A DNA stretch of 64,000 nucleotides, from assembly GCA_023920165.1 (NCBI GenBank), contig CP089276.1, forward strand, positions 3,782,001 through 3,846,000, written 5' to 3'. The notes under the pieces were generated by a model. That model saw only the letters and a list, made by a program, of their open reading frames with translations, had not been told where the DNA came from and searched no databases. Below, in pieces: positions 47,413-60,076 of the stretch; within the stretch, counting starts at the first letter, position 1, and each line of letters starts with the position of its first letter. This DNA comes from Curvularia clavata. Its lineage: Eukaryota. The position numbers were made by a program, and so were the translations under genes.

Positions 47413-50400
47413 GTGTGTACTCAGCTTTTCTGTTTAAAGTGAGTGTTTTGTATATATATTCGGTCGAAGAGCTCGGCTGGTAGAGAAAAAGGGATGTTGA
47501 TTTGTTCAGTGTGCTGCGTGTGTGTTGAGGTGTATTTCCCATCACGATTCTTGTGTTTCTGGTTAGTTTGAGCGAGATGTATTCTCATTGTTGCGTGGTA
47601 TCACATTTGTTGTACAATTTACACGTCTTAGTTCAGGTGTACAACTTGTGCGTCTGAGAAAGTAATGAGAATGAGGGTAACGACAAGATTCTCCTGTTTC
47701 CCACACGTACAATATCACTTACGTGTTTATTCAAGTGCATAAACCAGGCACATTTCACTCGTACTGCGTCTGACATAGGCACGCAAGGTCACCAAATCAA
47801 GTCATCCATGTCCACCTACCAGATCGCAACAAGCGATTCGTCCACAACCCAGAGACGAAATTTAATGGGACTCGTCCTAACAAGAGTAGAGTCAAGAAGC
47901 AGAAACAGGGAACAGAGGGTGTCACCCGCTCCGCCGAGCCTTCCAACGAACTCAACAGAAGAAAAAAAGGAGGCGAAGCGGTTACATTGAGACACGCCTC
48001 TTGCCAAGGATACTGAGTGTAACCTCCAGTTGCACCCAGTCTCTGGAAACCTTAAAACGACAGCATTGAAGCACTTGGCGCCAATCTGTGTACCGAGTAC
48101 TTCACAACCTTGGGTTGCAGGGTGGTATTGACGGGCTCTCGCAGCTCATGTATTCCCATGCCAAGTGAGCCTGGACAAATGGCAGATGGCCGAGGAAAAG
48201 AGGGGATAGGGATCTCCGTTGGAGAATCATGACTCTATGGAGGGGATCGACGGGTCATGGCAGAGCGGAAGTTGGAGGGATTTTTTTTTCCATCGGTGAA
48301 ATGGAGATAGATGGGTATTGCAGTTAGATTGCGAGTAAGCGGGTTGGTAATATGTATCAATCAAGTCGATATGATATGCTGATTGCTCGAGCTGGAAGTG
48401 GGATATTCAAAAGGAAATTGGCAAGATAATCAATGAGACAACGCAATAGTCTGGTGTGGGGGTCCTCAGCATCCGAATCATGGTTCTGAACACAATGTCT
48501 AGGACAGGACGTAAACGCCAAGAGGTCCGGTGTGCGGATGTTGCCATTAGCTTGGATGTAGCGATGATCCAGCGGAAAGAGCAGATCCTATGCTGAAAGC
48601 AGGTCGTCCATTACACGCGTCTTTGCCAAGTGATCTACGTCTCTTGTCGCGCCCTATCCGCGCTGTCGTAATCGCCTCTCTAGAATCGTGGGACTAGGAA
48701 AAAGAATCCGGGATATGACGGCATATCGACCCGAGTGCTTAGGTATTCTTATCGGAGTCTTGACGACGACAAGTCGGGAGTCCTCGGTGTAGAAGATGCA
48801 CCCCATCTTGGCGCTCTTCACAACTAGACTGGTGCGTGTTGGCAGTCGTAGAACCTCGCCCGAATGGGATAATGCATGTTGCACTCAGAGTTTCCCGAGT
48901 CAACTGGTTGCAAGCGTTGCAAAATGGGTAAGAGGGCCATGGTCATGGTCATGGCCATATATGGTATAATTCCAGATGGCATTCAAGCTGCAGGGGTGAT
49001 GGAAATGGTAACGTCGGTGAGTCTGCGAGAAGCATTGAGCAAGGCCAAGTAGATGTCATGTATTTTGTCCAGATTGACGCCAGAAACAAAGGCGGCAGAT
49101 TGTTGAGTGCCAAGCGCGGAACCACATCCCTCCCACGTGCCAAGAAGGCTACCATAAAAGCAAGTTGGTATTGGTGGGATTTGCCAAGCAAACACTCGGA
49201 CGGGGTGAATCTGTGAGACGTGGCCCAACATTGGCATCCGAGAGCGTTGCATCGAAACGACCTACTCCAAGTTGAGCTTGCACCACATCATGTGTTGTTT
49301 GGGTTGCTACTCTATCGGGATCGACAGGCTGTTGGTTTACGGCTGCTATGTGCCAAGTATTGTGCCAGATGTGTCAGATGTGCAAATGGGACGTAATATG
49401 TCAATACAACAGGAGATTGGGCTTGTTGCAAACGCAGAGACTCGAGTGTCGTGTCAAAATCCGAAAAAGAATTCCGGTGAGTAGATGGGACGCAGCAGTT
49501 CAGGGCCATTCGGATGTTTGGAAGACACGTTTACTGCGCAGGATGAGGCCGAGAACGAGGTCTTGACGTGGAGTGACGACGTGCAGCCGAAGGAATTGGT
49601 GCGATGATTTCCCGTCGATCCTGGTAACCCCAGAGTATACGAATCCGGGGGGCCACCTGGACGTGTTAACGAGGCTGCAGTCAGAATAAGAAGCAACAGG
49701 CACTACTGCAGGTGCACACGGTGTGCCAGTGGGGAAGCGACGGGTTGGGAAACCAGTCGCTTGACTACAAGTCTCAGCACCACTCACCGCCCCCAGTGCA
49801 CCATGGCCAATAAAACATGGTTGCTTACTGAAACGGTAGGAGGTGCGGAAAGGGGAGAGTGAGAGTGAGGCGCAATCTGTCGGTTCAGTGGAGCAGCGGA
49901 CGAACAGAAAAGTCACTAGGGCAGTGGGGGTGGGCAGTTGACACGAATGCTTTGCAAAGCAACCGCCGACGGTGGCTCGCAAGCGTGCAAGTGGTATGTC
50001 TTGTTTTGGGCAAGCCGATCAAGTGCATATGCTTGTCATCGGCTGCCGTCTCAGCGACGCGGAGGGGACGGTAGGGCAGCCGTCATTGGAGGGAGTAAAA
50101 AAGGTGGAGCGCCGGGTGGGCTCAGCGATGATGGGAGTGGGCATGCAAGGCAATCTTCAGGGCACTATACGAAGGGTGCCGATGACGACAGGCGCGGCGT
50201 GCGAAGGGTGGTCATCAGAGCAGACGGTTGACCCGTGACTCAGCGGGCGAAACGGGCCTGTGTGGGAAAGCTGGGGAAGGCCCTTGTGGGCGGCGGTTGC
50301 TTGGCTGGTCGTATCTGGTGGTTAAGGTCCGCCCAAGCTTTGGACAAGACGAGCGAGGGCTGCCATGGCTACACACTACTGTCTGTCGTCCTAGGCGGGC

Positions 50401-51491
50401 GCACATGGGCGAAGAGACGCGTTCGCGAGGCGGGCGAATCGCGCTTGGGCGGAAGCAGGGCGGCAGGGAAGCTCAGGCCAGTGCATCGAACGGCGTGCTT
50501 GGTACGCTCTGTGGGAAGCAGGGCAGGCTGCGCTGCTGACGGCAGGCGTCGACGACCGCTGGCTGCGGCATTTTACGTCTCTCGTGGCTGTTGTTGCGCG
50601 CGCGCTCTCGCTCTCTCTCTGGGGGGTGACAGGGCCGATTTGGACGTGGCAGTGCCGGTGAGTTGCGAGCGGCGGCGGCGGTGATGTGCTGTGCTGTGCT
50701 GCGCTGCGCTGGACGGTGACGGGGGAGCAGTGCCAGTGCCAGATGACGGCGGGAGGCCGTATGGGCGAGAATAGGGCCATGGCCCGCGGCGTCTGCTGTC
50801 GCAAGAGGTGCATGCGGTGAATCAAGTGTGGGGGTTCGGAGGAGCGGCCTCTCAGCTGGCTGTGGGGGGAGAGGGTGCACTGTGCAGGCGAGGGCGGCGA
50901 GGGCAGCGAGGGCAGGAGCGACCGGGGGGTCCTGCCGCATGTACTGTACCCACACCCGTCCACCCCCCCAGTGCGCACATAACATATCAAAGCCCGAATG
51001 CCTGGCTGCCCTCTGCCCTGGTCCCTCAAACCGGTAGGGGCTATCACCGCCTGCGCCTGCGCCTGCGCCTTCATGCTCTAATTCATCGTCGTATTCGTCG
51101 CCATATCCCCTTCCCGCTCCCCGTCTGTCTCGCTGTCTGGCTGTCTGTTTCCCTCCCTCCCTCCCTCTCCCGCCCGGCGCCCTCGCCCGGCCACCCTCAC
51201 CCGTCACACATCTGTCTGCTTCCCACTGTGTATATGGCTCTGCTACAAGCCCACCACCTGTACCACACTCCGCTCTTGCTGCCCACCCTCGATATACACC
51301 CCTCCTCCTCGCTCGACGCTTGCTGCTGCTACTGCCCTAGCCCTCTCCAGCGTGCGTAGTCACAAGCCAAAGGCCTAGCAGCCCTCTAGTCTTCCTCGAT
51401 ACTGCTATACCTCACCCATTTTCCTCCATTCACCCTCCCCAACGCTCGCCTGCGTTGCCGACCAATCGGAGCCGCATATCCTCCTGTCGCC

Positions 51492-53627
51492 ATGCCCGTG
51501 CTCGCCGCACAGCCGCGCCAACTCTCAATTTCTTTTGATGAACCAACCCTTTCCGACCGCCTGCGTCATCGCGACTCCCGAACCCACAACCACCACCTTA
51601 CCACTGAAGACGAGGACGAGAGCACCGGCACCGCTAGCGAGCCTGCGGAGCCTCTCACACCAACCAGCCATAGCAGCGATGGCGGCCCTTTCCCCCATCC
51701 CTTTCGCGACGACGACCTGGGCGACAACGTCTTCGCCACCCCACGTCCCGTTCCCAACGATGTGACCAGCAAACCTCCTCACCAACCCGCAGATGCACCC
51801 TCGCCAAGCCCGCCCTCTTATACTAACACGTCCCAACCACCGGACCGCGAGCCACCCTCCGAAAAGCGCAGACTTGGCAAGCGCGTCGGAAATCTCATTC
51901 GCGGCAAGCTGCACAGGAGCCATTCAAGCAGGGACGGAACCACGCAATCAGAGACTTCGGGTCCGTCTACGCCAAGCAGGTCGCCAAAAGCAAAACCGGA
52001 CACGGACACTTACATTGTAAAGACTGGCGTCGATGGACCAGCAGAGTTGTCGACGCCAGCAGTCGACATCCCCCGCCAGACAAAGAGGTTGAGTACTTTC
52101 TCCTTGACTCGACGTTCGGACCGCTCTTCTCGTGCAAGCTCTCCGCCCTTGTCTGGCTCGCCCAGTAGCAGGCCTTCAACCGATCGGAGGCCCGATTTGG
52201 CCAAGAAGCCTGCATCTTCTACAGGTCTATCAAACATGAGCAGGCCGAGACCCGGCATCACTTGGGCAGGCAGTGGAAATGTCACGACAACCAAGAAGAC
52301 GGGCTTCCTACGGAGACGGTCTGCGAGTACAGAGCAGGTGCCTCGAGTCGACGAAAATACCGAAAAACCCACTGCTGGCATGCTCGCAACCTTCTCCAAG
52401 CCGGCCGCACAGGGCGTAGGCATGAAGGCACGCCGTCTCAGCGTCAACTTGCCTGATGATTTCATCATTGACTGGTGCGAACTAGACAAGGAGTTCAAGA
52501 GCTCGAGTCTGATGCCCGGAAAAAGGGGGAGGGTACTGGGTAAAGGTGCGACGTCCGAGGTTCGAATCATGGCACGAAGAGGAGGCATTACCAGGGAAGA
52601 GGACTTGGTTGCTGTAAAAGAGTTTCGAGAGCGAGACAAGGATGAGACCGAGGAGGACTACGTGCTGAAGATCAAGTCCGAATACAGCATCGCCAAGAGT
52701 TTGCACCACCCCAACATTGTCGAAACCGTGCGCCTGTGTACGAACCGCGGCCGCTGGAACCACGTCATGGAGTTTTGCACATATGGAGAAATCTACTCGC
52801 TCGTAGAGCGCAAACTCTTTGCTGGTGGGCCAGAAGGATTCTATAGCCGCGACGACCGCTTATGTTTCTTCAAGCAGCTCCTCCGCGGAGTAGATTACCT
52901 ACACAGCCATGGCATCGCCCACCGAGACATCAAGTTGGAAAACCTCCTTCTCAGCAAGGAAGGTCATCTCAAAATCTCCGATTTTGGCGTCGCCGAGGTC
53001 TTCAGCGGTGAGCATCCTGGCCTCCGGGCTTCTGGTGGAGAATGCGGCAAGAACATGCGACATGTTCGTCTTTCTGCCCCTGGTATCTGTGGCAGTCTTC
53101 CGTACATTGCGCCCGAAGTCCTCCAGAAAGACCACAGCTATGATCCACGCCCATTGGATATATGGTCAACTGCCATCGTCTACCTGACCATGACCTTTGG
53201 CGGCTGCCCATGGCAGGCTGCCAAGCCAGAATTTGAATATTATGCGCGATTCAAAAAGGGCTGGGATCAATGGCTAGAAGCTCATCCGGATGGTCAAATC
53301 TTCGATGGCCCAGACGGCCACCCCAAGTGTGGCAAACTGTTCAGCCTCATCGAGCCGCCATCCATCAAGCGCGTGATACTGAAGATGCTTCATCCCATTC
53401 CATCCCAGCGCATTACCATCCGCGAAGTGCTCAAAACCACTTGCATCAAGAACATTGGCTGCTGTAGTCCGGAATCCTACGATGATCCCAAGATCACTTT
53501 CGACGCTTCCAAGGCGTCAAGCGCAAGAACCGCGCCCAAGAAGTACCTGCATCACCACATCCCTCCCAAGCCAGAGAACAAGGTTGGAAAAGCACTCACC
53601 CACCGTTTCGACATGGGCGAACGATGA
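51492..53627 (+). CDS. Ser/Thr protein kinase of the fungal HAL/Npr1/Ptk2 family (711 aa, intronless)
   Basis: Motifs LGKGATSEV, VAVKEF, EYSIAKSLHHPNIVET, HRDIKLEN, SDFG, CGSLPYIAPE, YDPRPLDIWS. Long disordered N-terminus. Confidence 0.92.
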   Translation: MPVLAAQPRQLSISFDEPTLSDRLRHRDSRTHNHHLTTEDEDESTGTASEPAEPLTPTSHSSDGGPFPHPFRDDDLGDNVFATPRPVPNDVTSKPPHQPADAPSPSPPSYTNTSQPPDREPPSEKRRLGKRVGNLIRGKLHRSHSSRDGTTQSETSGPSTPSRSPKAKPDTDTYIVKTGVDGPAELSTPAVDIPRQTKRLSTFSLTRRSDRSSRASSPPLSGSPSSRPSTDRRPDLAKKPASSTGLSNMSRPRPGITWAGSGNVTTTKKTGFLRRRSASTEQVPRVDENTEKPTAGMLATFSKPAAQGVGMKARRLSVNLPDDFIIDWCELDKEFKSSSLMPGKRGRVLGKGATSEVRIMARRGGITREEDLVAVKEFRERDKDETEEDYVLKIKSEYSIAKSLHHPNIVETVRLCTNRGRWNHVMEFCTYGEIYSLVERKLFAGGPEGFYSRDDRLCFFKQLLRGVDYLHSHGIAHRDIKLENLLLSKEGHLKISDFGVAEVFSGEHPGLRASGGECGKNMRHVRLSAPGICGSLPYIAPEVLQKDHSYDPRPLDIWSTAIVYLTMTFGGCPWQAAKPEFEYYARFKKGWDQWLEAHPDGQIFDGPDGHPKCGKLFSLIEPPSIKRVILKMLHPIPSQRITIREVLKTTCIKNIGCCSPESYDDPKITFDASKASSARTAPKKYLHHHIPPKPENKVGKALTHRFDMGER

Positions 53628-56193
53628 CGACGAGCCGACGCATATTGATCATTACTATCTCCTAATCCCTTGCATTGAATCGGCATGGACACGACGAGCA
53701 TGGCGAAGCGCCAATTGCAGTCTTTTTTTTTGAAACTCCTCCGCGGTCCCTATTCAGCATATTTCCTTTCCTTAACTAGCATGTCTGTCAATCGTCTTAT
53801 CTACGGATATCCGACAGACTTCAGACAGCGAATGTCATTACGCCGAGCTATCTACAAACTCTGGTTCCCATGTGTCCTATCGTCACATCTTGCGCGTTGC
53901 TTATCAATCCCCTGTGTCCTCAACCAAACTTGCCATTGGTGGCCCTACGCAAAACTGCCGATTCACCAGGCGAGAAAGATCACCACACTCGATACGGCGC
54001 CATGGCGTACGCATCTAACTCCTAGTTCCTGCTGATCTTCCGCTCTATCGCCACCGCGGCTCTGGCGACGGTTACCTTGACACATCGCAAATGTCCGATG
54101 TCTTTAGCTTCCCTGATATGGGGCATGAATTTCCGGGGGCTGTCATGTCCCTTTTGCCCGACATGGCGCCGAGCCGCACGAGCTGCGTCACAAGCGTTGG
54201 CGCAGCACAATCCGTTGTTTTGCTGCCGTCCTTTCTCAGCGAGCATCACAGCAGGATTGGCACACATGTCATGAGAGGTGAAAGAAAAAGGTGGCGTGAC
54301 TAAAAAGGGCAGGAGGCTTGGTACGAGGTAGAGTCGAGGTCAGCGCCCAGCAGCGTCAGCCTTGTCAATACATGCAAGTGCCTGCGATAGAAGCTTGGCA
54401 ATTTTTCGCTTCTCGCATCCATCTCCGGCAATCCAGTCCACAGGCTGTTTCGCTGGGTCCGGGGTCTAGAGGTCCAATCATAGCAGCAGCTAGTTTGCGC
54501 ACGTTTAAGACGACATTGCATCTCGACCAGCACGAGGAGCATCCCCACATTGGAAGTGGAGCCAAGCCCTGGAGTGGCAGGCAATCCACAAGCAAAGCAG
54601 ATGTCTGGTACGGAAAACGTGGGTGCTTTGGTAGGCTGGCGGCCAGAATATCGGAAAGGCCGCGTGTCACGCCTTGATATCTGTTTTTTCGTTGCATATT
54701 CTTGGGCACTTCGAAAGCGGGGCAGGATGAGGGGCAGATGAGCATCTGTCGAGGCCGATCGCTGCCGACATCAGCTCCAAGTGAGCAGCGTTGGTTTGAA
54801 TAATGTCCTACTCGTTTGTTGAGAGGAACATGACTAATGTATATACTAAACATTTTACCGTCTCAACGGATATGTAAACCCAGCAAGTGAATACCATACA
54901 TGTTGGAGTACACTTGACGCCCTTTGCGCTTATCGACGTTAGCGGGGTAAAGAGCAAAAGTAGTTTGGCAAGCCTTGCAAGCCACGTTTTGTTTTTATTT
55001 TCTACGCTCACATGTACATACTGAGCGAATCTTAATGCAGATAGGAATGTATAGTACAGCCGTTTCATCACGCGACCTGGTCGTGCTCCTAGAGCCCAAG
55101 ACAAACCAGTGCGGAAAACAGCGGTGAATCCCCACCAGGGTTTTCCGATTCCCGCTCCCGCTGCGCCTCAAGACGGGAGGGTATTACGCCATCGTGGAGA
55201 GGTTTGCATGTCGCATGTACTGTTTGTATCTAGGTGTATTATAGGGAGAGGATGATGGACGGGAATAGCCGTGGACTATCCCCATACGGTAAATCCTTAA
55301 TATACGTGTGCTCGTTTACATTCTTCAACCTGACCTTTAGAAAGACGCGGCACAAGGATTAACAGCGGCAATTCCAGATGATCTGAATCCAAATACCTAC
55401 TAACTTCTAACAGAACTACAAATCAAAGCCCGCCATCGCTCTGGCACGAGAGCACTGCCGAAAAGAAGAAAAGAAAATGGCGATCAAACGTTCAAAAGTA
55501 TTTACCCCGCAGCAGTGAATCCTCTACTAGGCCAAATTCCAACCCCCACAAACCCGATCAGCCGTAAACCACCATGGACCGTTTTTCTGTTGCTTTCTTT
55601 TTCTTGTGAATAACTACTACACAACACAACGACCGCCACGCCAACGTCTTCCCTGCGCCACTGATGAAATCCAGCATACATGAGTTTTACCGCCGCGGAC
55701 ATAACACCACATCACTTTTCTACCTTGCACACCGATTACAACACTAAATCCCACATCCACCCTCTGCTCTCCCCAGACCTACCAAACACACCCTGCAACC
55801 ATCCGCTGATCCCCATGAGCCCCACACAACCTCTTCCCTTCTATCTTCTATCCCCCGTAATCTCCCTGCACCTTGCACGCACATACCCCCCATGCCAGCG
55901 CCCCCCAACTTCCCTGTCTCACTTACTCACGCACACACCGATGCACTGCATCTTGCATCACACGCACACACCGACACATGCGCATCCCCATCTACACCAA
56001 TCACACCTGGTGCCGCGTAACAAACAAGACTTGTGCCCAGCCCCCAAGGCCAGCGCTTCTCGCGATCAAGCTCGCAAAAGCAAAAAAGCTTGACTTTTGC
56101 GTCTGTTTGGTGGGTCATGGGTTGCACAGCCATCATACAGCATTCTGACACGTGCGTCGGGATACTACTAGGGGAATGGTAGGTTTATGGGAT

Positions 56194-56213
56194 GGGGGGG
56201 GGGGGGGGGGGGG
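56194..56213. repeat. Poly-G homopolymer (20 nt)
   Basis: Direct reading of the sequence. Confidence 0.95.
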
Positions 56214-57442
56214 CTTTGTTTTTCTGACCGGTGAGGAGGACGAGCGAAGGGGGAGAGAGGGATAGGTGTGTTTGTGGAGGATGGGGAGATGAAGACAGCG
56301 CTGTGGCTGGGTGGGGGATGTATGTCAGTGACGTTTGAGTCGGAAGAGAGAGAGAGCGTGTGGGGTTGGGTTGCACATTGGTTTGGAATAAGGTGGGTTG
56401 GATGCTTGATATCCTCGTCTATTCGTACTTGAGTGGCTGAGCAGATGGTCCTGTCTTTCTCCTTTGCCTGATCGTTTGGAGCCCAAGACAGTCTCTCTTA
56501 CGTCTTTCCCTTTCAATGTCCTTTGAGCCTGTGGGTTTGGTTTTGCACTAGGTAGGCCGGATACTCGATACCCCAGTCTCTTTTACTCAGGCGGGATGTT
56601 TGCACATCTTGAGTTGAGGCATTTTGCACAAGGTAGCTTGTCTGGTTGGCATCCTCGTCTCTCTTACCCGGGTAGCCCGGGAGATGGCTTGCTCCTTCAC
56701 ATTGACCTTTGGAGCCCAAGATCATATTCACATCATGCGCCCTTCCTTGGACACGCACACACCGCCCCGGTTACCCCTCAAGCGCGATTTTTTGTGAAAG
56801 AGCTGAATGATCGTGGTTTTCGGCGAGATACACGGACATAATCTCACCACGTAAACTGAGGGCTTTTTCTCTTTGGAGCCAGAACAGGGGCAATATGCAG
56901 CCACCTTTCTTCTTCCCCCCAGCTTACATACTACCTGTCTAACCTTCGTATTGGTATCGCCGGATGTCCGCCTGGTCCTGGTCATCCTAGCCCCTTTTCC
57001 CTTTCCCCTCATTCTACTACCCTTGCTCCCGCTGCTTCCGGGCCGCTGCAGGGAGAGGCGTGGGATGGCTGCAGGAATGTGAGCAGGGACTGCTAGCTGG
57101 GCTGCTCGCATCGTGGTAGTTTAAGTCGGGTTGTAAAGTATGTAGTAATACATTGTCCTGATGGGGGAAAGACAAAATGGTTCAATACTTGTAATCAATA
57201 ACAAAATCCATCCGCACTTTATACCCGTTGCTTCCGATCTTACTGTTTCATCCCCCCCAGCTTGGCGGGAGGGGACGGTACTGCCGTCCCCTCACCACTC
57301 TTGATGGGATGCCACATGACGCGACATGGCCTCCCGCTTCGCAGCCGCTATTTCCCGCCAGACATGGACATATTTGCCCTTTGTGCCCGCTATCTTGTGT
57401 ATTACCTGGAGCAGTCCGCAATGAGTGGCGGTGGACGGCTTT

Positions 57443-57514
57443 GTTAATTGAGTAGCAAGCGAGTCGTTTGATTGAGCAGCAAGCGAACCGTTCAATTGAG
57501 CAACACGCAAGTGG
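57443..57514. repeat. Three degenerate 24-bp tandem repeats just upstream of the 57570 gene
   Basis: ATTGAG cores at 57447, 57471 and 57495, followed by tagcaagcga, cagcaagcga and caacacgcaa. Confidence 0.8.
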
Positions 57515-57569
57515 TTTTATTACACCCGATCCCAACATTCCCCCAGACATCTCTCTTTGACACAAAACG

Positions 57570-58585
57570 ATGGATACGAATCATGATACGCCGGTCTGCC
57601 CAGATTGGGCCTTCCTGAACAATTCCAACGTCCAGTGAGTAGTGCGCAGTTCACCAAGACAAGCCAATCGTTAACGTTGACTAGCGTCGCAAAAGACCGG
57701 GGCTGGTTCAAGACCTATACGCCTTTTAATTCTACGGTCTCGGATTTCCTCTTTGCCTCTTCTCGCAATACACCAGTGTTGGGAATTGGCACTGTGGAGA
57801 TCCCTACCAAACGCTCACCGAACCGATCTGGTGTATCCTCTCACGGTACTCTGCATCTCAAGGAAGTTTTGCATGTGCCCGATTTCGTCTGCAACGTTAT
57901 TGGAGGTCCAATCTTTTCTGATGGCTACGATGTAACAATTCGCTTCGGCCCTACGAAATTGGGAACTATCGAAGACAGCCAGGGCAAGAGCATGGCGTAC
58001 TTTGACCCGAGCAGACCGCTGTTGTGTATCAAAGTCAGAAATTCGCCAGAAGGTCCGAAACTAGGTCCGTACGCACTGCAAAAGGACAAAATGTACGCGC
58101 TCAGCTGTCGATGGGAGCCCCGTGAAGAGCAAAGATGGCTAGACTACAAGGCCAGGAATGGTCTCGACAACCGTGGATCAACACAGATCATCAACCCCAA
58201 TCCGCCGTACACAGATGAGGAGAAAAGCTTCCTCAAAACCAACTTTCGCGATGAGTACCATTTCCTTCTCCAACATGGTCTCAAGATCCATAGTGATGAG
58301 GACCGCGCAGAGGGAAGAAGGATCCTCCGCGCCATCATGCGTGAAGACGATGAAGAAGATTCCGACGGTGAGCCTGAAGACGACGAAGACGATGGATCTG
58401 AATTTGATCTTGAAGGCCACCAGGCTGATTACAACTTCTCTGCAGAGCAACTCGATTGGATTGGGGAGCACTATGGTAACTCTGAGGCGTTCATGATCTC
58501 ATACGGCCTGAGGTTCTACGATGACGATGATCTTGAAGAGGCAAAGGTAATTGCGGATGCCATGATGCATGATGATGATGATTAG
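57570..58585 (+). CDS. Hypothetical protein (~321 aa, 2 exons): N-terminal Ty1/copia protease-like beta-barrel region plus a duplicated ~44-aa C-terminal repeat and acidic tracts
   Basis: Exon 1 57570-57634, intron 57635-57684 (GTGAGT...TTAAC...TAG), exon 2 57685-58585. Spliced product MDTNHDTPVCPDWAFLNNSNVHVAKDRGWFKTYTPF...VLGIGTVEIP...LHLKEVLHVPDFVCNVIG. Confidence 0.8.
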
Positions 58586-59461
58586 TTCATCGCGAAGTAC
58601 GATGGTATAGAGACGCTGATTGTATGGCTTCAACGGGTCTTCTTGTAATTGTTCTCAAAGAATCAACTTGCTTTTCGTCAGTACGGGTTTACCCTTCTGA
58701 AGCCTTTAAGCTACGTATGCATCACAACAGGTCCGTGTCGTTTCATGAGCATACTAGCACTCTGTTGGAGGGTCGTCAATCTCTCAACTATGTTGCAGAG
58801 CCATACTTTCTCCTTACCTTTACGTCTTGTCGCTTCGCTCTCTCTTGCATACCTTAGTTCTACACAACGTCTCTCCTTCAATCACAAATACTACATGAAT
58901 ACAGTCGAAGCGTGAAGAGTATTCTACCTGACTGGAGCCGCTCTAATCTCTTGAATCGCGGTGCTGCACCTTAATGACTCATTGGGGGTTATCCTTTGCA
59001 GCTCCCAGTCACTCAGCTCCGGGATATGTGATGTGCAATTACTCACATGTATTCTGTTCAAAACAACTAGTTGCATGTACCGCTACCAACAACTCATAGA
59101 TGTGTGGAGAGATGCTCATTTAGCGAGATGTGGTATAGGGAATCATGGTAAGTGAGATGAGAAGCCATAGTGAGTCTAATCTATCAGCCGAGCTGTTTGG
59201 ATTGTTTGGTATCGGAGCTGTTTCGACACTAGGTGCTTGTTGTAGAAGAACTACTTCTTATAGGCACTGGCACAAATGGAATAGTAATGACCTGACTACA
59301 ACAAGTTCGTCAAGGAAAAAGGACGAGCAGTTGAACAGGGTGATTAGTAAACAGGTGCTGGGGAAAAGAAACTTGGACTATAGTATCGCAAACCATCACA
59401 ATGCTTTCTCAACTAAACCTCTATTCGCGAGAAATACAGTCAAAATTCGCTGTCCTATTCA

Positions 59462-60076
59462 CTAGCCAATTACAACCCCAATATCTCCTGCTTGGTAAAG
59501 TTCATCTTCTTGATTTTGTTGAGCCGGCTGCGCCAGCTGCGATAGTTCTTTCTCCTGATTCTTCCAGCGTATGCACACAATGGCTGTCAAAGTTAGTCTT
59601 TTGGCTCACTGAAAAGTGATATTAGCCATCTATGTCTTACCCGCTTGGTTCTCTGAAAGTTGAAGTTTCGCTGGCTCTCCAGGTGTCAAAGAAAATGTAG
59701 CGCATTCTAACAAGGGTTTAGAGAAGGAGTTTTCAACTGAATTGTACGTATCTTACCACCAGCTAAAATCTCCGTAATTTCGGCGCTCCTTACAGCGATC
59801 TGGAAATCCGTTGCTGCCTCTCGGTCCTTAGTCCAACAGGCGGGCGTTGCATCTGCAAATTCACCTTCAGGATCCAAGCACCCAATGTACCAGTCGCCAC
59901 TGCGCAGGTAGCCGTCGGTCAGCGTGAGGATGGCGGGGTGTTTGATTTTGTCCATGGGCTCCACTTTGGCAATCTTGCCATTCTTGTCCGAGTCGTCCTT
60001 GTGCGGATTGAATATAATTTGCTCATTTATTTCAAGGAAAAAAAGGTTCAGACACGTTGTCGATTCGGTGGTTCAT
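59462..60076 (-). pseudogene. Three-exon hypothetical gene interrupted by a +1 frameshift in a T7 run (pseudogene or sequencing error)
   Basis: ATG at 60076 reads MNHRIDNVSEPFFP*. Removing one T from 60038-60044 joins it to the 59707..59964 frame (EPFFLEINEQ...PAILTLTDGYLRSGDWYIG). Two downstream GTAAGA...CTAAC...AG introns keep an open frame to TAG at 59462. Confidence 0.6.

Noticed and set aside
50391..51359. Overlapping 180-240 aa ORFs upstream of the kinase
   Set aside because: GC-rich low-complexity sequence lacking stop codons by composition, with no domain features.
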